A stretch of DNA of 64,000 nucleotides from Thermoanaerobaculia bacterium (GCA_963666565.1 OY762911.1:2912001-2976000); one strand, 5' to 3'. Shown: positions 19,701 to 28,770, counted from the first letter of the stretch. Made by a program: numbers and translations. Notes: generated by a model not told the origin, from the letters alone.

Positions 19701-20444
19701 CTGGTGGTTCCAGAGGACATCCGCGTGCCAGCGGTTCGTGCCCGACTTGACGATCACGTTGGTGGAGGAGCCGATGTAGCGGCCGTACTCGGCGGAGGAG
19801 CCGCCGGCCTCCATCGACACCTCGGTCAGAGCCGTCGTGGGCAGGAACACGCGGCTGCCGCCGAACTTGGCGAACGTCGTGTCGACGCCGTCCACGTAGA
19901 CGCCCTGATCGGCGAAGTGGGTGCCGTTGACCGAGGGCCGCGTCTGCTGGATGTCGTCGTTCTCCGCGTCCGCGGTGACGCCCGGAAGGGCGTTGATCAC
20001 GCCGTAGTAGGTGCGCGTCGTGCCGGCGGTCTGCTCGCCGATCTCGGAGGTCACCGTGCTGCCGGCCGTGACGTTGAACTTGTCGACCATCGGCGTTTCG
20101 GCCGTGACGTCGACGACGCCGCCCTCGACCGCGGCCTGCAGGGTGAGGTCGACGGACTTGCGGTCGCCGGCCGCGGCGTGGAAGGTCGCCTGGGCTCCGC
20201 CCAGACCCTCCAGTTCCGCGGTCAGTTCGTAGGTGTCGGGCACGACGCCGACGAACCGGTACTGGCCGTTCTCGTCCGTGATCGCGAACTTGTCGCCGCG
20301 GCCGCTGGAGAGGGTGACGCTGACGCCGGGCAGGGCGGAGCCCCCCGGGTCGACGACGGTGCCGCTGATCGTGGCCGTCTCCGGCGCGTCGGCGAAGGCG
20401 GCGAAGGGGATCAGCAGAATCAGGATCGCTGCGAGTCGCTTCAT
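16764..20444 (-). CDS. TonB-dependent receptor 1 (Oar-like, N-terminal carboxypeptidase-regulatory-like domain)
   Basis: Signal peptide; ISGTVVDPGGSALPGVSVTL; plug motifs DGVDTT, SAEYGR, NVIVKSGTN; GGPLMRDKFWFF; C-terminal Phe (FKIRF). Confidence 0.9.
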   Translation of the reverse strand: MKRLAAILILLIPFAAFADAPETATISGTVVDPGGSALPGVSVTLSSGRGDKFAITDENGQYRFVGVVPDTYELTAELEGLGGAQATFHAAAGDRKSVDLTLQAAVEGGVVDVTAETPMVDKFNVTAGSTVTSEIGEQTAGTTRTYYGVINALPGVTADAENDDIQQTRPSVNGTHFADQGVYVDGVDTTFAKFGGSRVFLPTTALTEVSMEAGGSSAEYGRYIGSSTNVIVKSGTNRWHADVLWNHQRVDWSADYRDQPSLAERRNRPYPVDWFRRCHGDERDQGRGQIPPSIVEEVSTINRDACLPGSDEWAGSSDGYEFSTGGPLMRDKFWFFIGASEFDDAYSERLLGGDPYDVSLYADARILKLNMQPSASHSFAASGIDTPAFRNYFNWQSYDYWTPTPHENDSVLSTISWNWALSSNWFMEAKIADQETQENKFLACHDTLQQENPAAQAVDGIPVLEWLSQDNYRDTPARMIETCLQAKSLDRGPVAGHTATNTSGGDTSYPLRFPFDPSKGIFYPGNNYNVYRDAENLSSWHNGWILSDGFGFNAFPREQANVGLTQFAGANHELKYGIDYQDTKWEGENARVPLLQGWGFDPTNPFGFLGAGTIADDTCATPFTRTGTSPIRGRTCYFTDHNSTFLTCEGNAPDGMPHRPTTVEHVNGEVVRTTGTCVGRGTGDSEVRNLGYYIRDRFTIGDHWTINMGLRAEQQEAWNDVRRQVIDDTYVDPRINITYDIKGDGALLLNASWGQYHAMLNQAWISGGDSNVPSMHDLWNGYEGHEVFLFCDPADIATFDFLQFLGLTNYGCRVPQRRDSLHNGTVGAPLPGYNLSWELTTPGLMWDAVQAGVLDYDVQTYYKQEAILGLEWQFRPNWALDLKYIDWQLQDMMFSNNQLDHKGRNIGVTENYHDLYDILVAFDDARAATWAAQGYDPAERPAQLNREALELADPAKNSFKGVQLQLNRRFADGWALYNNLAWASTDTTGAGAWWNNTNSTYLEAAHVVLNQQNIDSCQAAQTRPDRRTGRTPLYPEDCVARLTDWLGYPASMINRRGANGTYDREWIWNTFGFKTWRLGNQDLTLGGHLTFQTGTPWTTSSGAGYERPCGPRPPGIPTSIPICLPVDVTDANANQRPGTSNTGVGFPLHPSGTEGRRTADEYTVNLSGAWGFPLGFQDVRGELRVEVLNATNQQRRRSWNSAGEVLPVRRFFQRPRTVRANFKIRF

Positions 20445-20489
20445 GAGTGCTCCTCGGATGAGGGTTGGATCGAGGCCGAGTGAGAGGCC

Positions 20490-20517
20490 ACTATACGACC
20501 GATGGGGAGCGAGTCAA
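20490..20517 (-). promoter_or_regulatory. Sigma70-like promoter of TBDR-1
   Basis: TTGACT-16nt-TATAGT on minus strand; GAGGAG RBS downstream. Confidence 0.7.
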
Positions 20518-20530
20518 AGGAGGCGGGACG

Positions 20531-20548
20531 GATCCAGCAGGTTGGATC
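20531..20548. promoter_or_regulatory. Palindromic operator, copy 1
   Basis: GATCCA-GCAGGT-TGGATC; homologous sites lie upstream of the other two TBDRs. Confidence 0.7.
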
Positions 20549-20767
20549 GAGTCTTGCGGGGGCTCGACATCGCGCGCGGCGTACCGTGGTCCGCTTGGGA
20601 GTTGCGGCGCGAGACCGTCGACTCGGCTCGCACGCGCGGCGTACCCGCTCGGCTATGCTGTCCGCGCCCTTGCCGAGTGCCCGGACTGTCGGGCCGCGCA
20701 TTCTCGCTCCTTCATCGGGGCGCTCCCGACCGGAGGCGTCCCACCCGATCAAGGAGAACGACACACC

Positions 20768-21454
20768 ATGACGACCCACGACACAGCGCCGGCGCCCGCC
20801 GGTTCCATCACCCTGGACGAGTTCCGTCAGAGCCTGGCGGAACTCCGCGCACGCGGCCGCGAACTGGAGGCCAGGAAGGACCGGGACCATGCGCGGGCCA
20901 TGAGAGAACTGGCCGAAATCCGGGAGCAGCAGAAAGAGACGGACCGCATCGTGAAGGAGACGGCTCTTCAGCAGAAGGAAACCGACCGTCAGATGAAGGA
21001 GACGGACCGTCGCCTGAAGAAGACGGAGAGCCTCTTCAACACGCAGTGGGGCAGGCTGATGGAGAGCCTGGTCGAGGGCGACATCGTGGCCCTGTTGAGG
21101 GATCGCGGCATCGACGTGCGGCACACCCAGGAGGGGCGGTTCCGCGGCAGGCGGAACGGGGAGCACTTCGAGGTCGACATCCTCGCGGAGAACGGCCGGG
21201 AAGTCGTGGTCGTGGAGGTGAAGACGACGCTGAGGCCGGAGCACGTGAAGAAGTTCGTCTCGAGGCTCCCGGACTTCGCGGAGTACTTTCCCGCCTATCG
21301 GGGCAAGCGAGTCCTCGGCGGGATGGCGTACCTGCAGTGCGACCCGTCATTGCGGACTCACGCGGAACGCCAGGGGCTGTTCGTGATCCAGGCGACGGGA
21401 AGCAGCGCCAGCATCGTCAACGCGCCGGGCTTCGTGCCCCGCGTCTTCTCCTGA
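20768..21454 (+). CDS. DUF3782-like coiled-coil + PD-(D/E)XK nuclease-fold protein
   Basis: AAGGAG RBS; heptad KETDR repeats; WGRLMESLV; EVDILAENGREVVVVEVK. Confidence 0.8.
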   Translation: MTTHDTAPAPAGSITLDEFRQSLAELRARGRELEARKDRDHARAMRELAEIREQQKETDRIVKETALQQKETDRQMKETDRRLKKTESLFNTQWGRLMESLVEGDIVALLRDRGIDVRHTQEGRFRGRRNGEHFEVDILAENGREVVVVEVKTTLRPEHVKKFVSRLPDFAEYFPAYRGKRVLGGMAYLQCDPSLRTHAERQGLFVIQATGSSASIVNAPGFVPRVFS

Positions 21455-21462
21455 CTCCGCCG

Positions 21463-21488
21463 CTGGGTGCGCGGGTCTTCTGACCCGC
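21463..21488. repeat. Family-A single REP
   Basis: CTGGGTGCGCGGGTCTTCTGACCCGC between convergent genes. Confidence 0.85.
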
Positions 21489-21556
21489 TCTGCGGAGGCG
21501 CCGCTGAGCGGACGGCAGGCCGGACTCGACCATGCGCCGGCCGGCCGCCGCGCTCA

Positions 21557-22561
21557 CTATCGCTTGTCCGTGTCGCCCCGTTCGAGCCGGCGGAGGAAAT
21601 CCGCGGCGCTGGCGCATCGGAGCGCTGCGCGCATGAGTTCGGCCTCGCCCAGGTCGTGGAGGTCAGCCAGGCTCGCCCGCTGGGCCGACGTTACGCTGAT
21701 GCCCCGTTCCGCGAGAAGGGCGATCGCGCTTGCGGTTCGCGCTTGGGTCCTCCCCACGGCCTCGCCTTCGGTTCTCCCCTTGGCTTCGCCTTCGGCTCTC
21801 CCCTTGGCGCGGCTCTCGTCGCGGTGACGCCGCAGCCACGGGTCGTCGTCCGGCCCGGTACCTTCGGCGGCCGCCAGCGCCATGCCGACGCGGTGAAGAG
21901 CCTCGACCGTGCCGTGCGACCTTGCCGGTTCGTTCAGGGCCGTGTGGATCTCCTTCGCCGTCCAGCCGGGAAAGACGCGGCTGCTCGTCGCCTGACGGAA
22001 ACGGCCGGCTTCGAGGACGTGGATCGTGAGCCCCGGCAGGCGCGACTTCGGGCGGCTCGCGGACCGTTCCTCCGGCACGTCCACCCACACCTCGGGGAAG
22101 CCCCATGCCTCGTAGAGCGGCACTTTCCAGCCGCGGACGTCGGTGAAGTAGTCGACCTCCAGGACCACGTCCGGCTTGTCGTCCGCGTCCACGTCGAGCC
22201 TCGGCTTCAGTTCCCCTGCGGGTGGCGGGTCTAGGTAGACGATCTGGTCCGCCTGCAGCAACTGGAACGTCCTGCCGCGAGCGCCGAAGCGAACGAGGTC
22301 GGCTGTCCCGAAGGTCTCGATGGGCGCTCCTCTGGAAGCGGCGATCAGGCGCGCGAGCCCGGCCAGCCGCTGCGAGGGCTGCTCGTGGAAGAAGGTCGTC
22401 GGCTCGCTCACGACCATTGCGGTCGCGGTGCGGGATTCCCAATACTCCAGCCGGCCCTCGTAGTCCTCGATCTCCTCGGGGGGAATGTGGATGGCCTTGC
22501 AGCCGGGGAAGTCGGCCGGATCGAGCGGCGCCGCCTTCCATCCAGACGGCGGATTGGGCAT
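21557..22561 (-). CDS. Uma2 family endonuclease-like protein with C-terminal RAEGEAKG repeats
   Basis: RLEYW, HEQP, QADQIVY, PDVVLEVD, LYEAWGFPEVWV, SRVFPG; tail RAKGRAEGEAKGRTEGEAVGR. Confidence 0.8.
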   Translation of the reverse strand: MPNPPSGWKAAPLDPADFPGCKAIHIPPEEIEDYEGRLEYWESRTATAMVVSEPTTFFHEQPSQRLAGLARLIAASRGAPIETFGTADLVRFGARGRTFQLLQADQIVYLDPPPAGELKPRLDVDADDKPDVVLEVDYFTDVRGWKVPLYEAWGFPEVWVDVPEERSASRPKSRLPGLTIHVLEAGRFRQATSSRVFPGWTAKEIHTALNEPARSHGTVEALHRVGMALAAAEGTGPDDDPWLRRHRDESRAKGRAEGEAKGRTEGEAVGRTQARTASAIALLAERGISVTSAQRASLADLHDLGEAELMRAALRCASAADFLRRLERGDTDKR

Positions 22562-22788
22562 CAGTTCAGAATGAGGTGGACGATGAGTGCCAGCACGCCC
22601 ACCGTCCCGTACGTCGCCAGGATGAGCAGTAGCCAGAGAGCCGTGCCGATCCTGCCTAGCTCGGCCCGTAGGCCGCTAACCTGGTTGCAGAGGTCACGGG
22701 CCTGGGACTCAAGGTAGGTTGTCGAGGACCATTGGATCGGCGCGCCGGCACGCGGGGCTCCGAACTTCGCTAGATCGTCTCTCTTCAT
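22561..22788 (-). CDS. Small protein with C-terminal transmembrane helix
   Basis: AGGAG RBS at 22796-22800; hydrophobic LWLLLILATYGTVGVLALIVHLIL; TGATG overlap with the Uma2 start. Confidence 0.6.
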   Translation of the reverse strand: MKRDDLAKFGAPRAGAPIQWSSTTYLESQARDLCNQVSGLRAELGRIGTALWLLLILATYGTVGVLALIVHLILN

Positions 22789-23018
22789 GGCGGTTCTCCT
22801 GGTTGCTTGAGGGTCGAGATAGACGACCTGGCCCGCCGGCAACGGCGCCTGCGTCCCGCCGTCATGGCGTCGATCCTACAGGGCCGGAAATCCTCCCGCG
22901 ACCCGGTCGACTGTCCATGCGCTGCCAGCCTCGGCGCCTCGACTCGGAGGCGACGACAGGACCCGGGCGTGCCGCGGTGGAACCTGCGGTAGATCCCGTC
23001 GCGAACAGCGCCTATGAC

Positions 23019-23165
23019 TCAGCCCTTCACGAGTTCGTCCAGACCGATGGCGAGCGCGTCGGCGAGGCGCCGGAGCGTGTGAACGGAGCCGGTTCGCCGG
23101 CCAGCCTCGATGCCGACGATCTGGACGCGGCTGGTGGCGGCGGCGCGGGCCGGTGGCCCGGCAGT
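23019..23165 (-). pseudogene. Remnant of an XRE/HTH_3 regulator or antitoxin
   Basis: Startless frame AATSRVQIVGIEAGRRTGSVHTLRRLADALAIGLDELVKG* (not in ORF track); in-frame TAG upstream. Confidence 0.7.
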
Positions 23166-23388
23166 TTCCCTGGGAAGCGGTTTCGACTATCTTGAGCATG
23201 GGTGGCCTGTCCTTTCTCCCGGCATCCGACCGGGCATTCGGTTGAACACCCAAGAGGATAGGCCGCCTGGCCTACATCACCGGATCCACGACTTCTGGGA
23301 CTAGCCCGGCTGGCGACATGGACGACCTCAAGGCAGTCCCGTCACGCATGAACCACCACGCGCGTTCTTCGACGAACTGGCCTGACCC

Positions 23389-24423
23389 TTAGGGGGCTCC
23401 CGTACGCGGTCGCCGCAACTCGAGACCGGAGGCGGATTCCTTCCGCGTTCGTATCACGCGGCGATCTTCGTCCCCGGCCAGAGTGGCCGCAAGGTCCTCA
23501 GCAAACGTAAGGTCGTGGAAATGCCACGAGTGAGACCAGTCGCCCACGTCCAGCTCGGGCTCGCGAAGGCCCTTCCAATGATTGCCAACGTTGACGTTAA
23601 CGACGCAATCGGAGGTGTCCTCCGGAGTTCCAACCCGACCGATTCGCGGCTGAGCGCCGAGGCGCTTCACGTTCGACAGCTTGAGCGCTCGATCATAAGG
23701 ATTCTGGTAGTTCGTGATGCGGGTGGAGTGCTCGAAGAGAGAGGCGCTCTTGTTGTCGCGCATCGACAGGGATTTGCGCGCGACATCGGCACCGATAAAC
23801 GCGACCTGACTCACATTCCAGTTCACTCTTGACAAGGGACGTGATTGAGCGGCGTAGTAGAAGGCCTCCCGCACCACATAGGCGCCTGTCGAGTGTGCAA
23901 GGAGATGCACGTCGATGTCACAGTGTAGCTCGTCTTGAGCGCGTTGTGCGAGTGCAAGCAGTCGAATCGCATCGTCAGCCAGTTCATCGGCAGTCTTTCG
24001 CGCGTCAGATCTATCTTCTAGGTAGTTGAGCGCTGAGTCAGCCGAGGGCCAGTCGAAGCTAACGACGGCTCCTGCGAAGCCGAACTTCGAGAGATTTCCT
24101 CGCAAGAGATCCTGACGTTGAAGAACCCTTTCCTGGGAGTTGTTGTAGCCGTGGACGAAGATCAAGACGTCGCCACGAGTGTAACGACTGTAAGGGTTCT
24201 TGGGGTCCGCGATCTCGGACGGGCCTAGGTCTGCGCGCCGACGGAGTTCTGCTAGCCATTTGTCCCTGTCTAGGCGGTGCTCTTCTGGGTGGGGTGTCTC
24301 TCGGGAGGGGACGAGCAGATAGCGAGTAGGTCCGGGCTCGGAGCCGAACTTACCGTTAGACCTGACGTTTCGTACGCAGACCATGAAGTTGGGCAGAGGG
24401 TTCTCAAGGCTCTCTCGTTCCAT
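23389..24423 (-). CDS. Alpha/beta hydrolase, DUF900-like
   Basis: VLIFVHGYNN, FDWPS, HLLAHSTG nucleophile elbow, late His (SHSWH); AGGAG RBS; codon usage less GC-biased. Confidence 0.85.
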   Translation of the reverse strand: MERESLENPLPNFMVCVRNVRSNGKFGSEPGPTRYLLVPSRETPHPEEHRLDRDKWLAELRRRADLGPSEIADPKNPYSRYTRGDVLIFVHGYNNSQERVLQRQDLLRGNLSKFGFAGAVVSFDWPSADSALNYLEDRSDARKTADELADDAIRLLALAQRAQDELHCDIDVHLLAHSTGAYVVREAFYYAAQSRPLSRVNWNVSQVAFIGADVARKSLSMRDNKSASLFEHSTRITNYQNPYDRALKLSNVKRLGAQPRIGRVGTPEDTSDCVVNVNVGNHWKGLREPELDVGDWSHSWHFHDLTFAEDLAATLAGDEDRRVIRTRKESASGLELRRPRTGAP

Positions 24424-24441
24424 ATCGAGCGCTCCTACTGG

Positions 24442-24918
24442 CTAGGTCGACGGTGTCCGTGCCTCAACTTCGGCCTGCTTCTTCTTTGCCTGAGACGCGC
24501 GAAGCGCCGCCTCCGCATTCGCGGCATCGACGAGGGCGTCGCGGGTGGACTTGGAGAACTTGAAGTAGCTTTGGAAGACCGTAATGGCACCCACGCTTCC
24601 TCCGGCGATTAGGAAGCCGGTGATGAGGATGCCGATAGCGTCAGCGCTGGGCGTCTCGAAGAGTACGTGGAGAACGTCAAAGCGGTACTTTGAGGCGATT
24701 CCGAGGGAGAGCGCGAGGGCAAAGAGACCCTTGGTCCCAGGGAGTCTGCTGTGCCTCTTGGAGTGGTCGGCGGTTGAAGGCTTCGTGAAGAGGCGCAGGA
24801 ACCACTCGTGTTCGAAGAGGAAGGCGAGCGCGCGTTCGACGATTCCGGCGACGAGGACGGTAACGGAGAGGGCTACGAAGACATCCTTGAGGTGCTCAGA
24901 CTGCGGGACTTCCTCCAT
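24442..24918 (-). CDS. Membrane protein (about 3 TM helices, charged C-terminal helix), unknown function
   Basis: AGGAG RBS at 24927-24931 before ATG 24918; hydrophobic segments; 18 bp upstream of the hydrolase. Confidence 0.75.
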   Translation of the reverse strand: MEEVPQSEHLKDVFVALSVTVLVAGIVERALAFLFEHEWFLRLFTKPSTADHSKRHSRLPGTKGLFALALSLGIASKYRFDVLHVLFETPSADAIGILITGFLIAGGSVGAITVFQSYFKFSKSTRDALVDAANAEAALRASQAKKKQAEVEARTPST

Positions 24919-24932
24919 TCTTGGGTCTCCTG

Positions 24933-24969
24933 AAAGAAGGGGGGAGAGAGCCGAAGCCCTCTCCCCCTT
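24933..24969 (-). terminator. Intrinsic terminator of TBDR-2
   Basis: Minus strand GGGGGAGAGGGC-TTCG-GCTCTCTCCCCCC-TTCTTT, near-identical to the TBDR-1 terminator. Confidence 0.8.
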
Positions 24970-25022
24970 GATTTCCGACCAAACCAAGGGGCGTCAGGCC
25001 CCCGGGTTCTTGCCGATCCGGT

Positions 25023-28000
25023 CTAGAACCGGAACTTGATGTTGGCGCGGACTGTCCGCGGGCGCTGGAAGAACCGGCGCACGGGGTAGACCTCGCCTCG
25101 ACCGTCCCAGTCGCGGCGGCGCTGCTGGTTGGTCGCGTTCAGGACCTCGACCCGGAGTTCGCCACGAACGTCCCGGTAGCCCATGGGGAAGCCCCATGCG
25201 CCGCTCAGGTTGATCGTGTACTCGTCCGCGGTCCGGTGTCCCTCGGCGCCCGCCGGGAAGAGGCGCACGCCGATCCCGCCGTTCGCCGTGCCCGGCCGCG
25301 CGTCGCTGGTCGGGTCGGAGGGAGTGATCGGCGGGCAGGTCCGCAGACCGCTAGGCCTGGAGCCCGGGGCGCAGGTCTTGGTGGCGCTGATGCCGGCGCC
25401 TTCCGACCGGTACCAGGGGGTGCCGGTCTGGAAGGTCAGGTGACCGCCCAGGGTCAGATCCTGGTTGCCGATCCGCCAGGTCTTGAACCCGAAGGAGTTG
25501 TAGATCCAGGTGCGGTCGTACACGTGGTTCGGACCGCGCTGGTTGATCATGCTGCCAGGCATGCCGATGAACTGAGACAGCCGCGCGTGGCAGTCCTCGG
25601 GATACGTCCTCGTCCTGCCGGTGCGGCGATCGGGTTCCGTCTGGCTTTCCTGACAATCGTCGAGGTGCGCCTCGCTGAGGTTCACGTGAGCCAGCTCCAG
25701 GTAGCCGCTGTCCGTGTTGTTCCACCAGACGCCTCCGCCCGTGGTGTCCGTCTCGGACCAGGCGACGTTGTTGTACAGCGCCCAGCCGTCGGCGAACCGG
25801 CGGTTCAACTGGATCTGCAGACCCCGGTAGGCGTTCTTCGCCGGATCCGCGTTGGCGAGGGCCTCGCGGTTGACGGCACTGACGCGGTCGGCTTCATCGA
25901 AGCCGGCTGCGACCCACCTGTCCCTTCTCGCGTCGTCGAAGGCGAGAACGATCTTCTCGAGGTCGTGGTAGTTCTCCGTGATGCCGATGTTGCGGCCCCG
26001 GTAGTCGAGCTGGAAGTTCGAGAACATCATGTCCTGCAACTGCCAGTCGATGTACTTCACATCCAGGGCCCAGTCGGGGCGGAACTGCCACTCGAGGCCG
26101 ATGATCGCCTCCTGCTTGTAGTAGGTCTGGATGTCAAAGTCGTAGTAGCCCTCCTGGACCGCGTCCCACATGAGGCCGGGTTGCGCCAGCTCCCAAGACA
26201 GGTTGTAGCCCGGGATCCCCTCGCCGACCGTGCCGTTGCGGAGCGTGTCGCGCCGCGACGGGTGGTTGCAGTCGTAGCTGACGTAGCCGATCGACCTCAG
26301 GAGGTTCATCCCGAACACGTCCATCGGATCGCAGAAGAGGAAGACCTCGCGGCCCTCGTACCCGTTCCAGAGGTCGTGCATGCTGGGCCTGGCCACATCG
26401 CCGCCGGAGATCCACGCCTGGTTGAGCATCGCGTGGTACTGGCCCCAGGTTGCGTTGAGCAGCAGGGCGCCATCCCCCTTGATGTCGTAGGCGATGTTGA
26501 TCCGAGGATCGACATAGGTGTCGTCCACGACCTGGCGCCGGACATCGTTCCAGGCCTCCTGGACTTCCGCCCGGACGCCGAGGTTGATCACCCAGTGATC
26601 GCCGATCGTGAAGCGGTCACGGGCGAAGAATCCGACGTTGCGGACTTCCGTGTCGCCGCTGCCGCGACCGACGCAGGTGCCGATCGTGCGGACGATCTCG
26701 CCGTTGACTCTCTCGATCTGCGTGGGCCGGTGCGGCAAGCCGTCCGTGTGGTTGCCCTCGCAGGTCAGGAGCGGCGAGTTGTAATCGACGAAGTAGCAGC
26801 CGCGGCCCCGCGTCGTGGCGCCGAGGAAGTTCGGGCTGTCAGGCGACGTGCCGTAGCCCCGCAGCAGGGAACACGAATCGTCTTCCAGGGAACCGGCCTG
26901 GTAGTAGCCGAAGGGGTTGGTGGAGTCGAAACCCCAGCCGTTGAACAGCGGCACGCGGGCGTTCTCGCCCTCCCACTTCGTGTCCTGGTAGTCCAGGCCG
27001 TACTTCAACTCGTGGTTGGCGCCGATGAACTGGGTCAGGCCGACGTTCCCCTGTTCGCGCGGAAACGCGTTGAAACCGAAGCCGTCGGAGAGGATCCAGC
27101 CGTTGTGCCAGGCCTGCAGGTTCTCGTTGTCCCGGTACACGTTGTAGTTGTTGCCGGGATAGAAGATTCCCAGCTCCGGCTTGAACGGGAACCGCAGCGG
27201 GTAGCTCGTGTCGCCGCCCGAGGTGTTCGTTGCGCTATGTCCGGCGATCGGGCCACGGTCGAGCGACTTGGCCTGCAGGCAGGTCTCCACCATGCGCGCC
27301 GAGGCGTTGGGGAAGTTGTCCTGGGCAAGCCACTCGAGGATTGGAAGGCCGTCGACGTTCAGGACCTCGGGGTTCTCCTGCTCCAGCTTGTTGTAGCAGG
27401 CGAGGTACTTGTTCTCCTGCGTCTCCTGGAAGGCGATCTTGGCCTCCAGGTACCAGTTGCTCGAGATGGCGTAGTTCCAGTTGACCGTCGACAGCACGCT
27501 GTCGTTCTCGTGCGGCGTCGGCGTCCAGTAGTCCGATGACGGAATGTGGAAGTAGTTCCGGAACGCCGGCGTGTCGATCGCCGAAGCGGCGAAGGAGTGG
27601 CTGGCGGTCGGCTGCATGTTCAGCTTGAAGATGCGCGCGTCGTTGAACAGGCTGATGTCGTACGGGTCGCCGCCGATCAGCCGCTCTGAGTACGCGTCGT
27701 CGAACTCGCTGACGCCGAGGAAGAACCAGAACTTGTCGCGCTGGATCGGACCGCCCGCGGAGAACTCGTAACCGTCGGAGGCGCCGGCCCACTCGTCGCT
27801 GCCGGGCAGGCAGGGCTCGCGGTTCGTCGTGAACAGCTCCGAACTCAGGTCGCCGGCGGGGATCTTCCCGCGGCCAGCGTCCCGGTCGTCGCCGTGGCAA
27901 CGGCGGAACCAGTCGACCGGATAGGGCTTGTTCTGCCGCTGGTCGAGGGCCGGCTGGTCCTTGTAGTCGGCGCCCCAGTCGATCGCCTGGCGCTGCCAGA

Positions 28001-28727
28001 GCGCGTCGACGTGCCACCGGTTGGTGCCCGACTTGACGATGACGTTCGTCGAGGAGCCGATGTAGCGGCCGTACTCGGCGGAGGCGCCGCCGGCCTCCAT
28101 CGACACTTCGGTGACCGCCGTGGTCGGCAGGAAGACCCTGCTGCCGCCGAACTTGGCGAACGTCGTGTCGACGCCGTCGATGTAGACGCCCTGGTCGGCG
28201 AAGTGGGTGCCGTTGACCGAGGGGCGCGTCTGCTGGATGTCGTCGTTCTCCGCGTCGGCGGTGACGCCGGGCAGGGCGTTGATGACGCCGTAGTAGGTCC
28301 GCGTCGTGCCGGCGGTCTGCTCGCCGATCTCGGACGTCACGGTGCTGCCCGCGGTGATGTTGAACTTGTCGACCATGGGCGTTTCGCCGGTGACGGTGAC
28401 CTCACCCTCGATGGCGGCCTGCAGCGTCAGATCGACTGACTGCCGGTCGCCGGCGGCCGCGTGGAAGGTCGCGGCGGCTTCGCCCAGGCCCTGAAGTTCC
28501 GCCTTCAGGTCGTACTCGCCTGGCACGACGCCGACGAACCGGAACTGGCCGTTCTCGTCCGTGATCGCGAACTTGTCGCCGCGTTCGCTGGACAGGGTGA
28601 TGCTGACGCCTGGAAGCGCCGAGCCTCCCGGGTCAACGATCGTGCCGCTGACGGTTGCGGTCTCCGGTGCGTCGGCGAAGGCGCCGAACGGGACCAGCAT
28701 CATCAGGACCACTGCGAGTCGCTTCAT
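25023..28727 (-). CDS. TonB-dependent receptor 2 (paralog)
   Basis: Colinear with TBDR-1 over its full length; ends IKFRF. Confidence 0.9.
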   Translation of the reverse strand: MKRLAVVLMMLVPFGAFADAPETATVSGTIVDPGGSALPGVSITLSSERGDKFAITDENGQFRFVGVVPGEYDLKAELQGLGEAAATFHAAAGDRQSVDLTLQAAIEGEVTVTGETPMVDKFNITAGSTVTSEIGEQTAGTTRTYYGVINALPGVTADAENDDIQQTRPSVNGTHFADQGVYIDGVDTTFAKFGGSRVFLPTTAVTEVSMEAGGASAEYGRYIGSSTNVIVKSGTNRWHVDALWQRQAIDWGADYKDQPALDQRQNKPYPVDWFRRCHGDDRDAGRGKIPAGDLSSELFTTNREPCLPGSDEWAGASDGYEFSAGGPIQRDKFWFFLGVSEFDDAYSERLIGGDPYDISLFNDARIFKLNMQPTASHSFAASAIDTPAFRNYFHIPSSDYWTPTPHENDSVLSTVNWNYAISSNWYLEAKIAFQETQENKYLACYNKLEQENPEVLNVDGLPILEWLAQDNFPNASARMVETCLQAKSLDRGPIAGHSATNTSGGDTSYPLRFPFKPELGIFYPGNNYNVYRDNENLQAWHNGWILSDGFGFNAFPREQGNVGLTQFIGANHELKYGLDYQDTKWEGENARVPLFNGWGFDSTNPFGYYQAGSLEDDSCSLLRGYGTSPDSPNFLGATTRGRGCYFVDYNSPLLTCEGNHTDGLPHRPTQIERVNGEIVRTIGTCVGRGSGDTEVRNVGFFARDRFTIGDHWVINLGVRAEVQEAWNDVRRQVVDDTYVDPRINIAYDIKGDGALLLNATWGQYHAMLNQAWISGGDVARPSMHDLWNGYEGREVFLFCDPMDVFGMNLLRSIGYVSYDCNHPSRRDTLRNGTVGEGIPGYNLSWELAQPGLMWDAVQEGYYDFDIQTYYKQEAIIGLEWQFRPDWALDVKYIDWQLQDMMFSNFQLDYRGRNIGITENYHDLEKIVLAFDDARRDRWVAAGFDEADRVSAVNREALANADPAKNAYRGLQIQLNRRFADGWALYNNVAWSETDTTGGGVWWNNTDSGYLELAHVNLSEAHLDDCQESQTEPDRRTGRTRTYPEDCHARLSQFIGMPGSMINQRGPNHVYDRTWIYNSFGFKTWRIGNQDLTLGGHLTFQTGTPWYRSEGAGISATKTCAPGSRPSGLRTCPPITPSDPTSDARPGTANGGIGVRLFPAGAEGHRTADEYTINLSGAWGFPMGYRDVRGELRVEVLNATNQQRRRDWDGRGEVYPVRRFFQRPRTVRANIKFRF

Positions 28728-28770
28728 GGAGCTCCTCCTCGGATCAAGTTGTAGGGAAATGCGTGAAGGG

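Noticed and set aside
23298-23385. Possible antitoxin fragment ending AFFDELA on the plus strand
   Set aside because: Too short and frameshifted to assign
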